DNA of 64,000 nt, taken from the sequence record PQ015378.1. One strand, written 5' to 3'. Under the pieces are notes generated by a model that saw only the letters and a program-made list of their open reading frames with translations, was not told where the DNA came from and ran no database searches. The translations under genes and the position numbers were made by a program. Shown here in pieces: positions 20,180 to 29,304 of the stretch; positions within the stretch are counted from its first letter, which is position 1; every line of letters begins with the position of its first letter.

Positions 20180-20215
20180 GGGGCCTTCGGGCCCCTCTTA
20201 TGCCGTTTTTCTTTT
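20180..20215 (+). terminator. UUCG terminator
   Basis: ggggcc-TTCG-ggcccc-tcttatgccg-ttttt. Confidence 0.8.
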
Positions 20216-20249
20216 ATCCTCTGAATCCCAACAACTAGGAGTTATCGCA

Positions 20250-21017
20250 ATGTACAAGCGTTGTGAAAAGCCTGCTCCGTTGACCACCATCGATTTGACG
20301 GGGTTGGGCGATCCATGTGACATCTACCAAAACATGCTGAGCAAGATCGATGCACTGCGTCGACTCAAGTCTCAGTGGGCACAATGCGATATCACTCGCT
20401 TTGACGTTCAGTTCCAACTCGCTGATGCGATGACCTACTACTTCACTATCTTCGACAAAGCCAATGGCGAACGGTACGAATGGTCAGTCCGGAAAGAGTA
20501 CACCAAGGAAAGCGCTGAGCACGCGTTTGAGCGTGATTACCGAGAATCGGCCCTACGGTACTCCGATGGGTTGTCTCGTGCCTTAGCGGATCATCTGGAA
20601 GCCTTAAAGGACGATTACCCAGAGCTGCGGTACCGTCAGGAAGAAACCGCTACCGGTTACCGTGTCTGGCGTCCTATCATGGGCAAGCTCGGCATCGTTC
20701 CAATGGAACTGTCGTTTGTCGGCATGCCTGGTGAAATGCCTGACGATATCTACAACTCGGAACTGATCTGGGAATACCTCGGTAACATCCCTGGGGAAGC
20801 TGGTCGTTCGATGTGCCGCGCTGTGAAACGTCTGATCAAACAAGGTGTTGTGTTCGATAAAGTAGAACGCATCATCGTGGGTGACTATCGGAACATCACC
20901 CTGGTCGGTAAAGGTTACCGTAATGAACAAACCCATACCGAAGTACGACTGGTGCTCCAAGAGATCGCCATGAAAGACATCGACCTCAATCAATACCACC
21001 AATACTTCACGGAGTAA
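20250..21017 (+). CDS. Hypothetical protein
   Basis: 255 aa, RBS AGGAG. Confidence 0.85.
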   Translation: MYKRCEKPAPLTTIDLTGLGDPCDIYQNMLSKIDALRRLKSQWAQCDITRFDVQFQLADAMTYYFTIFDKANGERYEWSVRKEYTKESAEHAFERDYRESALRYSDGLSRALADHLEALKDDYPELRYRQEETATGYRVWRPIMGKLGIVPMELSFVGMPGEMPDDIYNSELIWEYLGNIPGEAGRSMCRAVKRLIKQGVVFDKVERIIVGDYRNITLVGKGYRNEQTHTEVRLVLQEIAMKDIDLNQYHQYFTE

Positions 21018-21019
21018 AC

Positions 21020-21346
21020 ATGATCACCATCGAACTGCTACCTTCCGAGGTTGCTACCAAACTGAAGGTTCCTGAAACTGCAGCTCAGGAAATCCTCCGT
21101 CGTCTGTTCTTCACCTCTACCCAGATCCTGTTGAACAAGGATGCTAAAGGCGTCGAGAAGAAGTTCAAACTGAACCTGGCTGAAAAGCCTTCCGAATACA
21201 CCGGACAGATCAACAACTCTCCAGTGGCTATCACGGTTCAATATCGTGGTTGGGAGGAAGGTTGCAAGATCAAAGACAAGGCTACCCTGCTGACCTACAT
21301 CGAAGAAGCTGCTCCGCAAGTCTGGGATCTCAAACCCTGGAAATGA
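21020..21346 (+). CDS. Hypothetical protein
   Basis: 108 aa, tightly coupled to the previous gene. Confidence 0.8.
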   Translation: MITIELLPSEVATKLKVPETAAQEILRRLFFTSTQILLNKDAKGVEKKFKLNLAEKPSEYTGQINNSPVAITVQYRGWEEGCKIKDKATLLTYIEEAAPQVWDLKPWK

Positions 21347-21381
21347 CATAAACGCCTTCCCTTCGGGGAAGGCTTTATGCT
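21347..21381 (+). terminator. UUCG terminator with CATAAA/TTTATG flanks
   Basis: cataaac-gccttccc-TTCG-gggaaggc-tttatgc. Confidence 0.8.
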
Positions 21382-21386
21382 GCAAT

Positions 21387-21406
21387 AAATCTCAGATCTA
21401 TATTAC
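21387..21406 (+). promoter_or_regulatory. Early promoter AAATCTCAGATCTATATTAC
   Basis: Full extended motif. Confidence 0.85.
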
Positions 21407-21441
21407 GTTAGTGATCCTAAACCCGAAAACGGAGTTGTCCC

Positions 21442-22209
21442 ATGTCTTATCGTGATCTCGCTTACACCCCTATCCTTGGTAAAGGTATCAGCCGTGACAT
21501 GATCAAAGCGATCGCCATTGGCCTCTATGGCTTGGATGAACCAATCGTCGGTGAGAACGATGAATTCATCCACTGCTTCAAGTGGGAAGTTCAAGATGCG
21601 CAGCTGTTGGCTCGTGGTCGCAAAAAGGTGAACGTTGTATATGGTCGCCATTACTACACCAGTATCTACCTGGAACCTGGCCACAACCCCAGTGAGGCTT
21701 TCGTCATCGAATCCGTTCGTAAGCATATCCTGGAAACGGCATTCCGTCGTGATCGATGCTTGAATGGCCTGACGGAAGTCACGCGTTACACCTATTCCCG
21801 TCTGGGTTGCGACATGCGACCTGATGGTGCCTTCAAAGTCCTGGGTAATGGCCTGGCACTAAACCTGTGGCGTGAGCCTAAGTTCCGTACGGATATGGAT
21901 GACATCGGTCGGCAGATCACCAGCCTCGACTTGCACAACATGCTGTATCGGTTCGTACCGAAAGAAATTCACCCACACGTCGAGCACATGATACGCCAGT
22001 ATGCCGAACAGTGGAATCGGATCTATGAAGGCACTCCGGGTATCATTCACCACTTCACTCGACAGAAGGCAGCTGGTGAACAACTGTTCATCACAACAGG
22101 AAATGGCCTTACCGGCGTCACGTTCCAATTCAACCGTGTCAACATCCTGGACAAAGATACTCTGCGTCCTGACCACAACACCCTGTCCCTGCTTAAGGAG
22201 TTCACCTGA
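21442..22209 (+). CDS. Hypothetical protein (early)
   Basis: 255 aa, RBS GGAG. Confidence 0.85.
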   Translation: MSYRDLAYTPILGKGISRDMIKAIAIGLYGLDEPIVGENDEFIHCFKWEVQDAQLLARGRKKVNVVYGRHYYTSIYLEPGHNPSEAFVIESVRKHILETAFRRDRCLNGLTEVTRYTYSRLGCDMRPDGAFKVLGNGLALNLWREPKFRTDMDDIGRQITSLDLHNMLYRFVPKEIHPHVEHMIRQYAEQWNRIYEGTPGIIHHFTRQKAAGEQLFITTGNGLTGVTFQFNRVNILDKDTLRPDHNTLSLLKEFT

Positions 22210-22457
22210 TGGGTAACAGCGCTTTCAAACGTTCCGAAGCAGAACACCACAACGAGCTGTACGAGCTCCGTCGTAAAAAGGAACGCTTGGGTATCCCTAA
22301 CTGGGTAGACGTTCCTGAAGCGGCTATGAAGGCCATGGAGGAGGGTAATACTGATGCCAAGCCCTTCGAGTTCATGATCGATCCCTCAGCACCCCCGGAA
22401 GAAGCATACCGGGTAACCAAAGCCCTGGAAGAGGTAGGCTGCCGTGTCATTAAGTAA
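22209..22457 (+). CDS. Hypothetical protein
   Basis: TGATG overlap with the previous gene. Confidence 0.75.
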   Translation: MGNSAFKRSEAEHHNELYELRRKKERLGIPNWVDVPEAAMKAMEEGNTDAKPFEFMIDPSAPPEEAYRVTKALEEVGCRVIK

Positions 22458-22992
22458 AGGCAAACGTCGGTACCTGGTGAAGATCTACAGCGAGCGTGCG
22501 CGACTACGTCAGTTCGTTCGTAACATCCGGATGCAGTGGGCTCTGGACGGCGATCGTCCTCCACGCTTCCCTTCGCTGGATCAACTACAGGTCTATCGTG
22601 AGATGAAGAAGCTGGAATGGGACCCGATCGAATTCATCCTCAAAGATGAATCCAAAAACGAACGGTACCTGGTCCATCATCGCGGTAAACATCGCAACCA
22701 CGAAGACCCTAACGGTCGGATGCTGCATTTCAACCTGGACTGGTCGTTTGCGATGGAGAACATCGAACAGACGACTCAGGAAGAAGATCACAAACGTTTC
22801 CTCGACTACCAAGAGCAACTGGGTAAGCTGACTCTAGCCGACGTACCTAACCTGAAGCCTGTTCGCATTCCGAGCATCTCCGAATTGGAACGTCGTCATC
22901 CAGGACAGTTGGCAGAATTCACTCGGTTTGCTCTGGCAGCACAACTCGCCGTCCGCGGCGGCGCGCTAGATGCTTTGGTTGTAAAGAAGTAG
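22444..22992 (+). CDS. Hypothetical protein
   Basis: GTG start after GAGG; 182 aa. Confidence 0.75.
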   Translation: MSLSKGKRRYLVKIYSERARLRQFVRNIRMQWALDGDRPPRFPSLDQLQVYREMKKLEWDPIEFILKDESKNERYLVHHRGKHRNHEDPNGRMLHFNLDWSFAMENIEQTTQEEDHKRFLDYQEQLGKLTLADVPNLKPVRIPSISELERRHPGQLAEFTRFALAAQLAVRGGALDALVVKK

Positions 22993-23148
22993 TCCTCCGA
23001 TAGGAGTACATTCTCTAAAATCAAAATCTCTTTTCTAAAAGAAAATGTAGATAAATAGTAATAGTATGTGGGGGGACCCTTTGGGGGGGTCCCATATACT
23101 ATTTCCTTATTACTTAGTAATCAACAATTTAGCAAAATGGAGACTTTC
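22993..23148. other. AT-rich intergenic element with a G6/G7 hairpin
   Basis: Very AT-rich; long imperfect inverted repeat aatagtatgtggg...cccatatactatt around GGGACCC/GGGTCCC. Confidence 0.6.
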
Positions 23149-23280
23149 ATGTCCTACATCCAACCACACATCCTCAACCTCAACGATCGCATCCAAGCGG
23201 GTCTCGACCGCGGTGACACACTCGTGTTGATCATCACCGATGACAACAAGATGTACCTCAAGCTGGAAGAACCAAAATGA
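23149..23280 (+). CDS. 43-aa hypothetical protein
   Basis: ATG after GGAG; ATGA-coupled to the next gene. Confidence 0.7.
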   Translation: MSYIQPHILNLNDRIQAGLDRGDTLVLIITDDNKMYLKLEEPK

Positions 23281-24134
23281 ACCAGATCGATATCCTGAAA
23301 GATCAGTTCGCTAAAGCTCTGGAGAAAGAGACCGTTAGCATCACCCCTCCTGTAGCGCAGAACTCTACTGCGCGTTGGGGTTACATCGACAATGATTGGA
23401 AGGACGACAAAGATCGTCTGGCCGTATTGTTCGCTGCAATCGAAGTAGAGCTCTCGGATGTCAAGTATCATCCAGAAGCAGAGTTCTCTGTACGCCTGCA
23501 ACAACGTGCAGCTGACTACCTGGTCCAAGATCGCATCGAGCGTGAAATGGGTACTGGTCATCGCTTTGACGAACGTTATGTTGGGCGTACCGGTTACTGT
23601 GAGTTGATGCACCGATCCATGCTGGAAAATGGCTGGGCTATGACAGACCTGGCTGTAGAGAAGCATGGTGGCGGTTCGACCTGGGTAACTCGTTACTCGA
23701 AGATCTCCCTAGATAATCCGATGTACTGCTGGCAGGTTCGTATCGTCTACGTGCCTACTGACTATTCCTACGATCAGGAAATCATCGGCAAGGTCTATGA
23801 CCGCGATGGTCCAGAGCGTGAGTACGTCGTGGCCAACTACGAACTCGGGGAACTGACCAATGTCGACACCCATGACTTCGCCACTGGTGCGCTGATCAAG
23901 CGAATCTACGTGGAACGCCATGAGCAGACCATGCAGCTCTCCCCGTACATCACACCGGATGATGACCACGGTATCTACGGTCTCGCTCGTCTGGGTATCC
24001 ACACTCACCGTGTAGAGTTCATCGTAGGTGGTGAACGCCACACCTACAATTGTTCGATCGAAAACGACAACGGCGAGATCGCTTACCGCCGTATCGTGGT
24101 TGAGCTCTACCCACAAGAAAATACTATCATCTAA
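23277..24134 (+). CDS. Hypothetical protein
   Basis: 285-aa ORF. Confidence 0.85.
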   Translation: MNQIDILKDQFAKALEKETVSITPPVAQNSTARWGYIDNDWKDDKDRLAVLFAAIEVELSDVKYHPEAEFSVRLQQRAADYLVQDRIEREMGTGHRFDERYVGRTGYCELMHRSMLENGWAMTDLAVEKHGGGSTWVTRYSKISLDNPMYCWQVRIVYVPTDYSYDQEIIGKVYDRDGPEREYVVANYELGELTNVDTHDFATGALIKRIYVERHEQTMQLSPYITPDDDHGIYGLARLGIHTHRVEFIVGGERHTYNCSIENDNGEIAYRRIVVELYPQENTII

Positions 24135-24146
24135 GGTAGTATGTAA
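24118..24146 (+). promoter_or_regulatory. Candidate middle promoter for phuZ (AAAATACT-N14-TATGTAA)
   Basis: Bipartite motif 35 nt before the phuZ start. Confidence 0.55.
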
Positions 24147-24179
24147 CACTGACGCAATCTCATTCAAAAGGTGCTTTCA

Positions 24180-25145
24180 ATGCCAGTTCTCGAATCCCAA
24201 AACCCAGCACACATCCCTACCCGCATTTACTACTGCGGCGGCTTCGGCTTCAACATCGGTAGTAAAGTAGGTGCGACCTTCCCAGGTGCGTGCTTCCTGG
24301 ATTCTTCTGATGCCAACCTGAAAGACAAATCGGTTCCTGCCGAACGCATCTACCTAATCCCAGGTACTGATGGTGCGGGTGGCGACCAGGCATTCATGAT
24401 GCCTCATGCACGTGCACATGCTGACGAAATGATCAGCAAGTTCGAGCCCGCTGAGTTCAACATCGTTGTCCTCGGTGCGGGTGGCGGTTCCGGTGCAACC
24501 ATCGGTATCCAAGTCGTCCGCAAACTCCTGGCAGCCGGTTACCCAACCGCAGTGCTGGTGGTCGTCGGTACTGACACCACCCGTCGTATCCGCAACACCC
24601 TGAACGTGATCAAGAACCTGGAAGCCGTATCCCTGGCTACCAAGCTGCCGGTAGTGGCTGCATTCACCGACAACGCCTCCGAGCGCACCACTGACGAGGA
24701 AGTCATCTTCCAGATCGATTCCCTGGTAGCTCTGACTGATCAACAGAACGCGCGCCTGGATACTCGTGACGTCGAGAACTTCGTACAGTACAACAAAGTC
24801 TGTGCGGTGGAACCTCAACTGTCCCGCCTGTACATCTCCAGCACTCGTCAAGAAGCAGCTGCAGTTCTGGAGCCGATCTCGATCGCTTCCCTGTACGTCG
24901 ATCAAGACAAGTACGTTCCTTTCGGTAGTGGCTTCGTTGCCACCGTTGGTTTCCCAACCAGTGATGCCAAGATGGACTACGACCAACTTCACTTCGTCAT
25001 CAACTCCATCGGTATCCAATCGCTGATGGATCAGATCGAAGAAGAGCGCGTCAAGCTGACCACCGTTCAGTCTGGCTATCGTCAGCGTCGTGCTGTCATC
25101 ACTGTCGATGACAACCTGACCGACGACGGTCTCTCGGTAGATTAA
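24180..25145 (+). CDS. phuZ: Phage tubulin PhuZ
   Basis: CGGFGFNIG, GTDGAGGD, tubulin signature GAGGGSGATIG, acidic C-terminal tail (DDNLTDDGLSVD). Confidence 0.95.
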   Translation: MPVLESQNPAHIPTRIYYCGGFGFNIGSKVGATFPGACFLDSSDANLKDKSVPAERIYLIPGTDGAGGDQAFMMPHARAHADEMISKFEPAEFNIVVLGAGGGSGATIGIQVVRKLLAAGYPTAVLVVVGTDTTRRIRNTLNVIKNLEAVSLATKLPVVAAFTDNASERTTDEEVIFQIDSLVALTDQQNARLDTRDVENFVQYNKVCAVEPQLSRLYISSTRQEAAAVLEPISIASLYVDQDKYVPFGSGFVATVGFPTSDAKMDYDQLHFVINSIGIQSLMDQIEEERVKLTTVQSGYRQRRAVITVDDNLTDDGLSVD

Positions 25146-25150
25146 TAATC

Positions 25151-25182
25151 GGGGGCCTTCGGGCCCCTGCTTATTTCTTTTT
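25151..25182 (+). terminator. UUCG terminator
   Basis: ggggcc-TTCG-ggcccc followed by a T-rich tract. Confidence 0.8.
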
Positions 25183-25192
25183 GAGGTGTAGC

Positions 25193-25555
25193 ATGTATCA
25201 GATTTATTCCGTCAGCCCTGGAAACGTACGACTCAATAATGTCTCCCATGGCGATAAGTTGGAAGTCTGTACGGCTGTGGAGGAACAATTCCATAGCTCG
25301 GTGAACGTGGTTGTTTGGTTCACCGACAAGCCACGACCAGAGAAAGGACCGGACGACCTCTATGGATTCTATTGTGTCGATTCCAAACTGATGTCATTCA
25401 CGTTCAAGCACCTACATCACATCCACCGCAAATACGATCCACAAGACCTGATTCCGATTTACCCCTTCCTGATTGCGGTTAAGGATGGGGAGGACGTAGC
25501 TATATTCGAAGGAACCCGCACTAAAATGCTGTACCATTCCCGAGGCGATGAATGA
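25193..25555 (+). CDS. Hypothetical protein
   Basis: ATG after GAGG. Confidence 0.75.
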   Translation: MYQIYSVSPGNVRLNNVSHGDKLEVCTAVEEQFHSSVNVVVWFTDKPRPEKGPDDLYGFYCVDSKLMSFTFKHLHHIHRKYDPQDLIPIYPFLIAVKDGEDVAIFEGTRTKMLYHSRGDE

Positions 25556-25830
25556 TCCCCGAATTCCTGGCACACATCTGGCGTGCAATTAACAGGTACA
25601 AAACGTTCCAGGCGGTTAACTCAGGTGGTTGTGAGGAATTCGCCAAGACCTTCCTGGATTTCATTCCAGGTGGTGAGATCGTTGGTACCGACAACATGGA
25701 TGGCTGGGATTCGAAATATCCCGGACATATCTGGATCTATGATGGTAAGCTACACTACGATAGCGAATGCCTGAATGGTACCGCGGACTGGCGTGACTTA
25801 CCAATCTTCAAACGAGCGGAGGCCAAATGA
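25552..25830 (+). CDS. Small protein with a putative Cys-His-Asp triad (papain/transglutaminase-like)
   Basis: NSGGCEEFA, GHIWIY and HYDSE; ATGA overlaps at both ends. Confidence 0.55.
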   Translation: MIPEFLAHIWRAINRYKTFQAVNSGGCEEFAKTFLDFIPGGEIVGTDNMDGWDSKYPGHIWIYDGKLHYDSECLNGTADWRDLPIFKRAEAK

Positions 25831-26282
25831 AGACTGTAGCTTTCGTCCCCAAGATCATCATGGAGCAATTCGACAAACCCCAAGTCGTTATCTCCATTGG
25901 CGATCCTGATGAGGACATGCCCAACTTCAAGTGCGACATGATCGATGTGTTGCGCATTGCGGTGAATGACATCCCTGACGGTATCGCTATCGAAGACCTC
26001 GACGGAACCTATCGTCAGTTCGATTGGCATGATGCACGCAAGATTCTGCAGTTCGAACATCGGTGGAAAGATGAACACATCGTCGTCCACTGTCACGCGG
26101 GTATCTCTCGATCAGCAGCAGTCGCCAAGTACCTTGGCGACGTATGTGGACGTTTGCTGATCCTTCAGCGTCCTGACCAAGCTGACTTCTACAATCGGCA
26201 GATCTATCGTCAGCTTCAAATCACTCACCTGGATATGCGTATGACAGGTGGTCAAGTTTACCCCATCAAGGTAGGTAACTGA
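25827..26282 (+). CDS. Tyrosine/dual-specificity phosphatase
   Basis: VVHCHAGISRSAAVA matches the HCxxGxxR P-loop; VISI and D-acid loop upstream. Confidence 0.9.
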   Translation: MKTVAFVPKIIMEQFDKPQVVISIGDPDEDMPNFKCDMIDVLRIAVNDIPDGIAIEDLDGTYRQFDWHDARKILQFEHRWKDEHIVVHCHAGISRSAAVAKYLGDVCGRLLILQRPDQADFYNRQIYRQLQITHLDMRMTGGQVYPIKVGN

Positions 26283-26283
26283 A

Positions 26284-26886
26284 ATGTCCCGTAAGTACAT
26301 TCGAGCTTTGTCCCAACTCACCGCGTACATGCGTGGTGAACTCCTGGATGAGCGTCGCTATCACCTGATGGATGTGGCGCGTGCGATCCATGAAGAACCG
26401 AGCGTCGTGGAAGAGTTCCTGGCGGCAGCCCTGCGTTCCGATTACCGGGACGAGCAACTGGAGATCTTCTGCTCGATGATCACCAGCACGATCTGGCCGA
26501 AAGAGATGAACTCTGCAACCGTGAAGATGAACTTCACCGTCGGTTTCCCTCCACCCAAGATCATGGCTGCTCTGGCGCAGATGCCTGACGAGGAAGTGGA
26601 CAAGCTGCTCGATACCAAAGAAGGTCGAGTGCAACTGGAAGAGTACATCAAGCGTTACTGGATCCCTGCTCGTGACGGTTGGTTGCTCAAGCTGGATTCC
26701 GACATGGAACGTTCCGGGTTAGCCAAACACATGGACGGGAAGTATCCGAAGATCCCACCGATACAAGCCGCTGTCATGAAAGCAATCGACGAACTGTCGT
26801 TGCCCATCAATCGCAATAAAGCTGCGGAACTGGCAAGCAAGGCTCTCGGTGTCAAAGTGACCCCTGACGATATCGTCAGCTACTGA
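26284..26886 (+). CDS. Hypothetical protein
   Basis: 200-aa ORF in the operon. Confidence 0.8.
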   Translation: MSRKYIRALSQLTAYMRGELLDERRYHLMDVARAIHEEPSVVEEFLAAALRSDYRDEQLEIFCSMITSTIWPKEMNSATVKMNFTVGFPPPKIMAALAQMPDEEVDKLLDTKEGRVQLEEYIKRYWIPARDGWLLKLDSDMERSGLAKHMDGKYPKIPPIQAAVMKAIDELSLPINRNKAAELASKALGVKVTPDDIVSY

Positions 26887-26894
26887 GGTGTGAA

Positions 26895-27410
26895 ATGTCC
26901 AAGCAAACTTTGCGGTTTGACCAAGCGGTCGCCGAAGAGTTAAGCCTGGAACTTTCGTCCATTGCCATCATCTGTAAACACGCCGCGCAATTCCCTGATA
27001 AAGTGACTCAGTTCGTTTTCGCTTTCGAGCAGAGCGGACTGATCTACTACGACATCGCGGACACGTGGCATGAAGTCAATGGGATGCGAGTTCGAAATCC
27101 TCGATTCAGATCCCACCAGATCATCGAGGACAGACTTAACAAACGGCACTACTATCGTTGGTATGTTGTGGGGAACGGAATTCTATTTCCGATGCAGCAA
27201 GCCAAAGTTGAAACCCTGCGTGAACTCTTTACCTTCTTAATTGATAGTGACCCCCGCTATCGTACCCAAACAGCATTCTTCGGTGAAACGCAGTTCATCC
27301 GAAAGAAACCTCTAATGCATTGTCGTCAGGAGAAACCAACATGGGCATCAAGTTCAATAATCCTTTCAAGCCATCCAAGACCTACTTCGATGTCGCAATC
27401 AAAATCGTAG
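26895..27410 (+). CDS. Hypothetical protein
   Basis: RBS GAGG; 3' end overlaps the next gene by 70 nt. Confidence 0.7.
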   Translation: MSKQTLRFDQAVAEELSLELSSIAIICKHAAQFPDKVTQFVFAFEQSGLIYYDIADTWHEVNGMRVRNPRFRSHQIIEDRLNKRHYYRWYVVGNGILFPMQQAKVETLRELFTFLIDSDPRYRTQTAFFGETQFIRKKPLMHCRQEKPTWASSSIILSSHPRPTSMSQSKS

Positions 27411-27622
27411 GTTGTTTGGTCATCATGACAGTGGTCGCTGTTCCGTTAGGACATGCGGTCTACGAGAAGAACAACCCCACAGCCAGGGCGGAAGCACGGG
27501 CGAACTACATCCTCGCCCAACAGAGCGAATCGCTCTTCCGCTCCTGCCTGCTCCAAGCTCATGGTGACGTCGAGGAACTCAACCAATGCAAAGCCGACTA
27601 CATCGCAAGGGAAACCAAATGA
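27341..27622 (+). CDS. Single-pass membrane protein, paralog 1
   Basis: RBS CAGGAG; N-terminal TM helix; FRSCL...QCK. Confidence 0.75.
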   Translation: MGIKFNNPFKPSKTYFDVAIKIVGCLVIMTVVAVPLGHAVYEKNNPTARAEARANYILAQQSESLFRSCLLQAHGDVEELNQCKADYIARETK

Positions 27623-27870
27623 CTAAGCTGGTACCATGGATAATCGTGGCTGTGGTGGTTCTCATTTTCGGTTCACTGGCGAAGGCCGTGATCGACTACC
27701 AGCCATCCAGTACTTGGGAAGAGGTGCGTGCAGATCGACTCATCCGTGAAGCGGAATATGATGCTCGTGAGCAACAGTTCCGCAAGTGCTTGAAAGATGC
27801 TGCTGGCCTCGGTGTAGCCACATCCCACCAAATGCAACAATGCAAAGACAAATTCCTCAATAAGGAATAA
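27619..27870 (+). CDS. Single-pass membrane protein, paralog 2
   Basis: ATGA coupling; TM helix; FRKCL...QCK. Confidence 0.75.
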   Translation: MTKLVPWIIVAVVVLIFGSLAKAVIDYQPSSTWEEVRADRLIREAEYDAREQQFRKCLKDAAGLGVATSHQMQQCKDKFLNKE

Positions 27871-27873
27871 CAA

Positions 27874-27920
27874 CATATCGGGAGCCTTCTGGCTCCCCTT
27901 ATGCCTTCTCTTTTTTTTTC
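27874..27920 (+). terminator. Hairpin terminator
   Basis: cata-tc-gggagcc-ttct-ggctccc-cttatgcc plus a T-run. Confidence 0.8.
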
Positions 27921-27936
27921 TAACTTTTTAAACACC

Positions 27937-27944
27937 TATATTAC
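27937..27944 (+). promoter_or_regulatory. Early promoter TATATTAC (ACC class)
   Basis: Exact core followed by TTTTGTGA. Confidence 0.8.
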
Positions 27945-27977
27945 TTTTGTGAATATAGCCAACCTAGGAGTAAAGCC

Positions 27978-28274
27978 ATGTCTACTATTCAATCGACTAC
28001 TGCTGTCGAACTGCTCTCTGATAAAGAGGTAGTTGAAATGCAGAAACCCCTGCTGCGGGATGCAGCATACCGTGCCCTTCCACGGATCAAGAAGGACCGT
28101 GGTTACGACGCTGGAGCCTATGCGCGAGGTATCGAATACTTCGTGACACGGGACCTTGCTCGTAACGTGCGGGACCTTGGTTACTCTTCGGAGGTAATCA
28201 AGGAGCTGGATGAATTCCTGATGGAACTCTTCATTGAGGTCCATAAACAGGAATTCATCTGGGATATTAAGTAA
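27978..28274 (+). CDS. Hypothetical protein (single-gene early unit)
   Basis: RBS AGGAG; lies between a promoter and a terminator. Confidence 0.85.
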   Translation: MSTIQSTTAVELLSDKEVVEMQKPLLRDAAYRALPRIKKDRGYDAGAYARGIEYFVTRDLARNVRDLGYSSEVIKELDEFLMELFIEVHKQEFIWDIK

Positions 28275-28275
28275 C

Positions 28276-28323
28276 GACATAAGCCTCCACCTTCGGGTGG
28301 AGGCATTGCTGATATTTTTTTTT
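28276..28323. terminator. Bidirectional UUCG terminator
   Basis: gacataa-gcctccacc-TTCG-ggtggaggc plus a T-run, between convergent genes. Confidence 0.85.
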
Positions 28324-28337
28324 GTTCTGTTACACGA

Positions 28338-29150
28338 TCAGGGAGCAGCCATGATCGTACGGATGTGATGACGGTTGCCTTCAGGGTCGTTGAAGTTACG
28401 CATGATCTTACGCATCTTCTTCAGAGCTTCCTCGTAGAGTTCTTCCGAGTCAGACCATTCATAGATCTTATCACGATATACCCCGAGTTCTTGACCGTAC
28501 CGCAGTTGGGCATCACCCATCTCGATGAACGTGTTGTTGTAGATGTACGACTTAACAGCGGCCGTCACCAACTTCGAGAACGCAGGAATGGACTGCGGTC
28601 GCAAGTTCAACAGTTCGTCATCGTTACCCAACCTGCAAGATAGATAAGCCGCAGGAGAAGGAACGTAGATGTACCGTACCATTACGGTGTTGTGGTTGAT
28701 CAGGTTGATGTAAGAAGTCTGAGCCACCGGTAACCGGCGAGCTGCGTCTAACACCTTTCGTGTTTCTGCACCCATGACCGATTCGTTGTAGTGCATCGCG
28801 TAACCAGAGTTCTGATACCCGAGGATACCAAAGTGGATGTCGAACAATTGCACGATCGGACGTTGTTGGGTGTATTCGTCAGGAATGTAATAGATGATCG
28901 TGTACGGATCAACGTATTCCTGCTTCACTGGGAAGTCCAGTGGGATGTAAGTTTTGGTTCCGCCGATGAGTTCTAGATCCGGCATGATCCGCTGCTCGAT
29001 GACTGCTTCACGGATTCGGGTTTCCAACGACACAGCTGCACCACAAGTGGTCTCTGCTGCATACATGTCGGCGTTCCTGAACGCGTCATTAAGAATTTGC
29101 GGTGGGATTTTGAACTTCAAGTCGGACAATGCCTTCTGGATGGCGTTCAT
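28338..29150 (-). CDS. Conserved chimallivirus protein (phiKZ gp42-like, probably virion)
   Basis: [20 protein letters not shown]; synteny. Confidence 0.7.
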   Translation of the reverse strand: MNAIQKALSDLKFKIPPQILNDAFRNADMYAAETTCGAAVSLETRIREAVIEQRIMPDLELIGGTKTYIPLDFPVKQEYVDPYTIIYYIPDEYTQQRPIVQLFDIHFGILGYQNSGYAMHYNESVMGAETRKVLDAARRLPVAQTSYINLINHNTVMVRYIYVPSPAAYLSCRLGNDDELLNLRPQSIPAFSKLVTAAVKSYIYNNTFIEMGDAQLRYGQELGVYRDKIYEWSDSEELYEEALKKMRKIMRNFNDPEGNRHHIRTIMAAP

Positions 29151-29269
29151 GCTCAGACGTCCTGGCTTGCGTTTTAAGAGGTTTTCTCGATAAACTAATA
29201 CCTGAGGTCGGTATAGTATACGGAGAGGGCTTTACGGCTTCCCTCACGGATTACATCGGATTTCAAATC

Positions 29270-29277
29270 TATATTAC
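29270..29277 (+). promoter_or_regulatory. Early promoter TATATTAC
   Basis: TTCAAATC-TATATTAC. Confidence 0.75.
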
Positions 29278-29304
29278 GTTTGGGCATACATTCGAGGAAA
29301 CTCC

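Noticed and set aside
27300-27410. 70-nt overlap of 26895-27410 with the next gene, possibly a second frameshift (TAA at 27313 in the +1 frame)
   Set aside because: No clear slippery run or diagnostic C-terminus; simple stop loss is equally likely.
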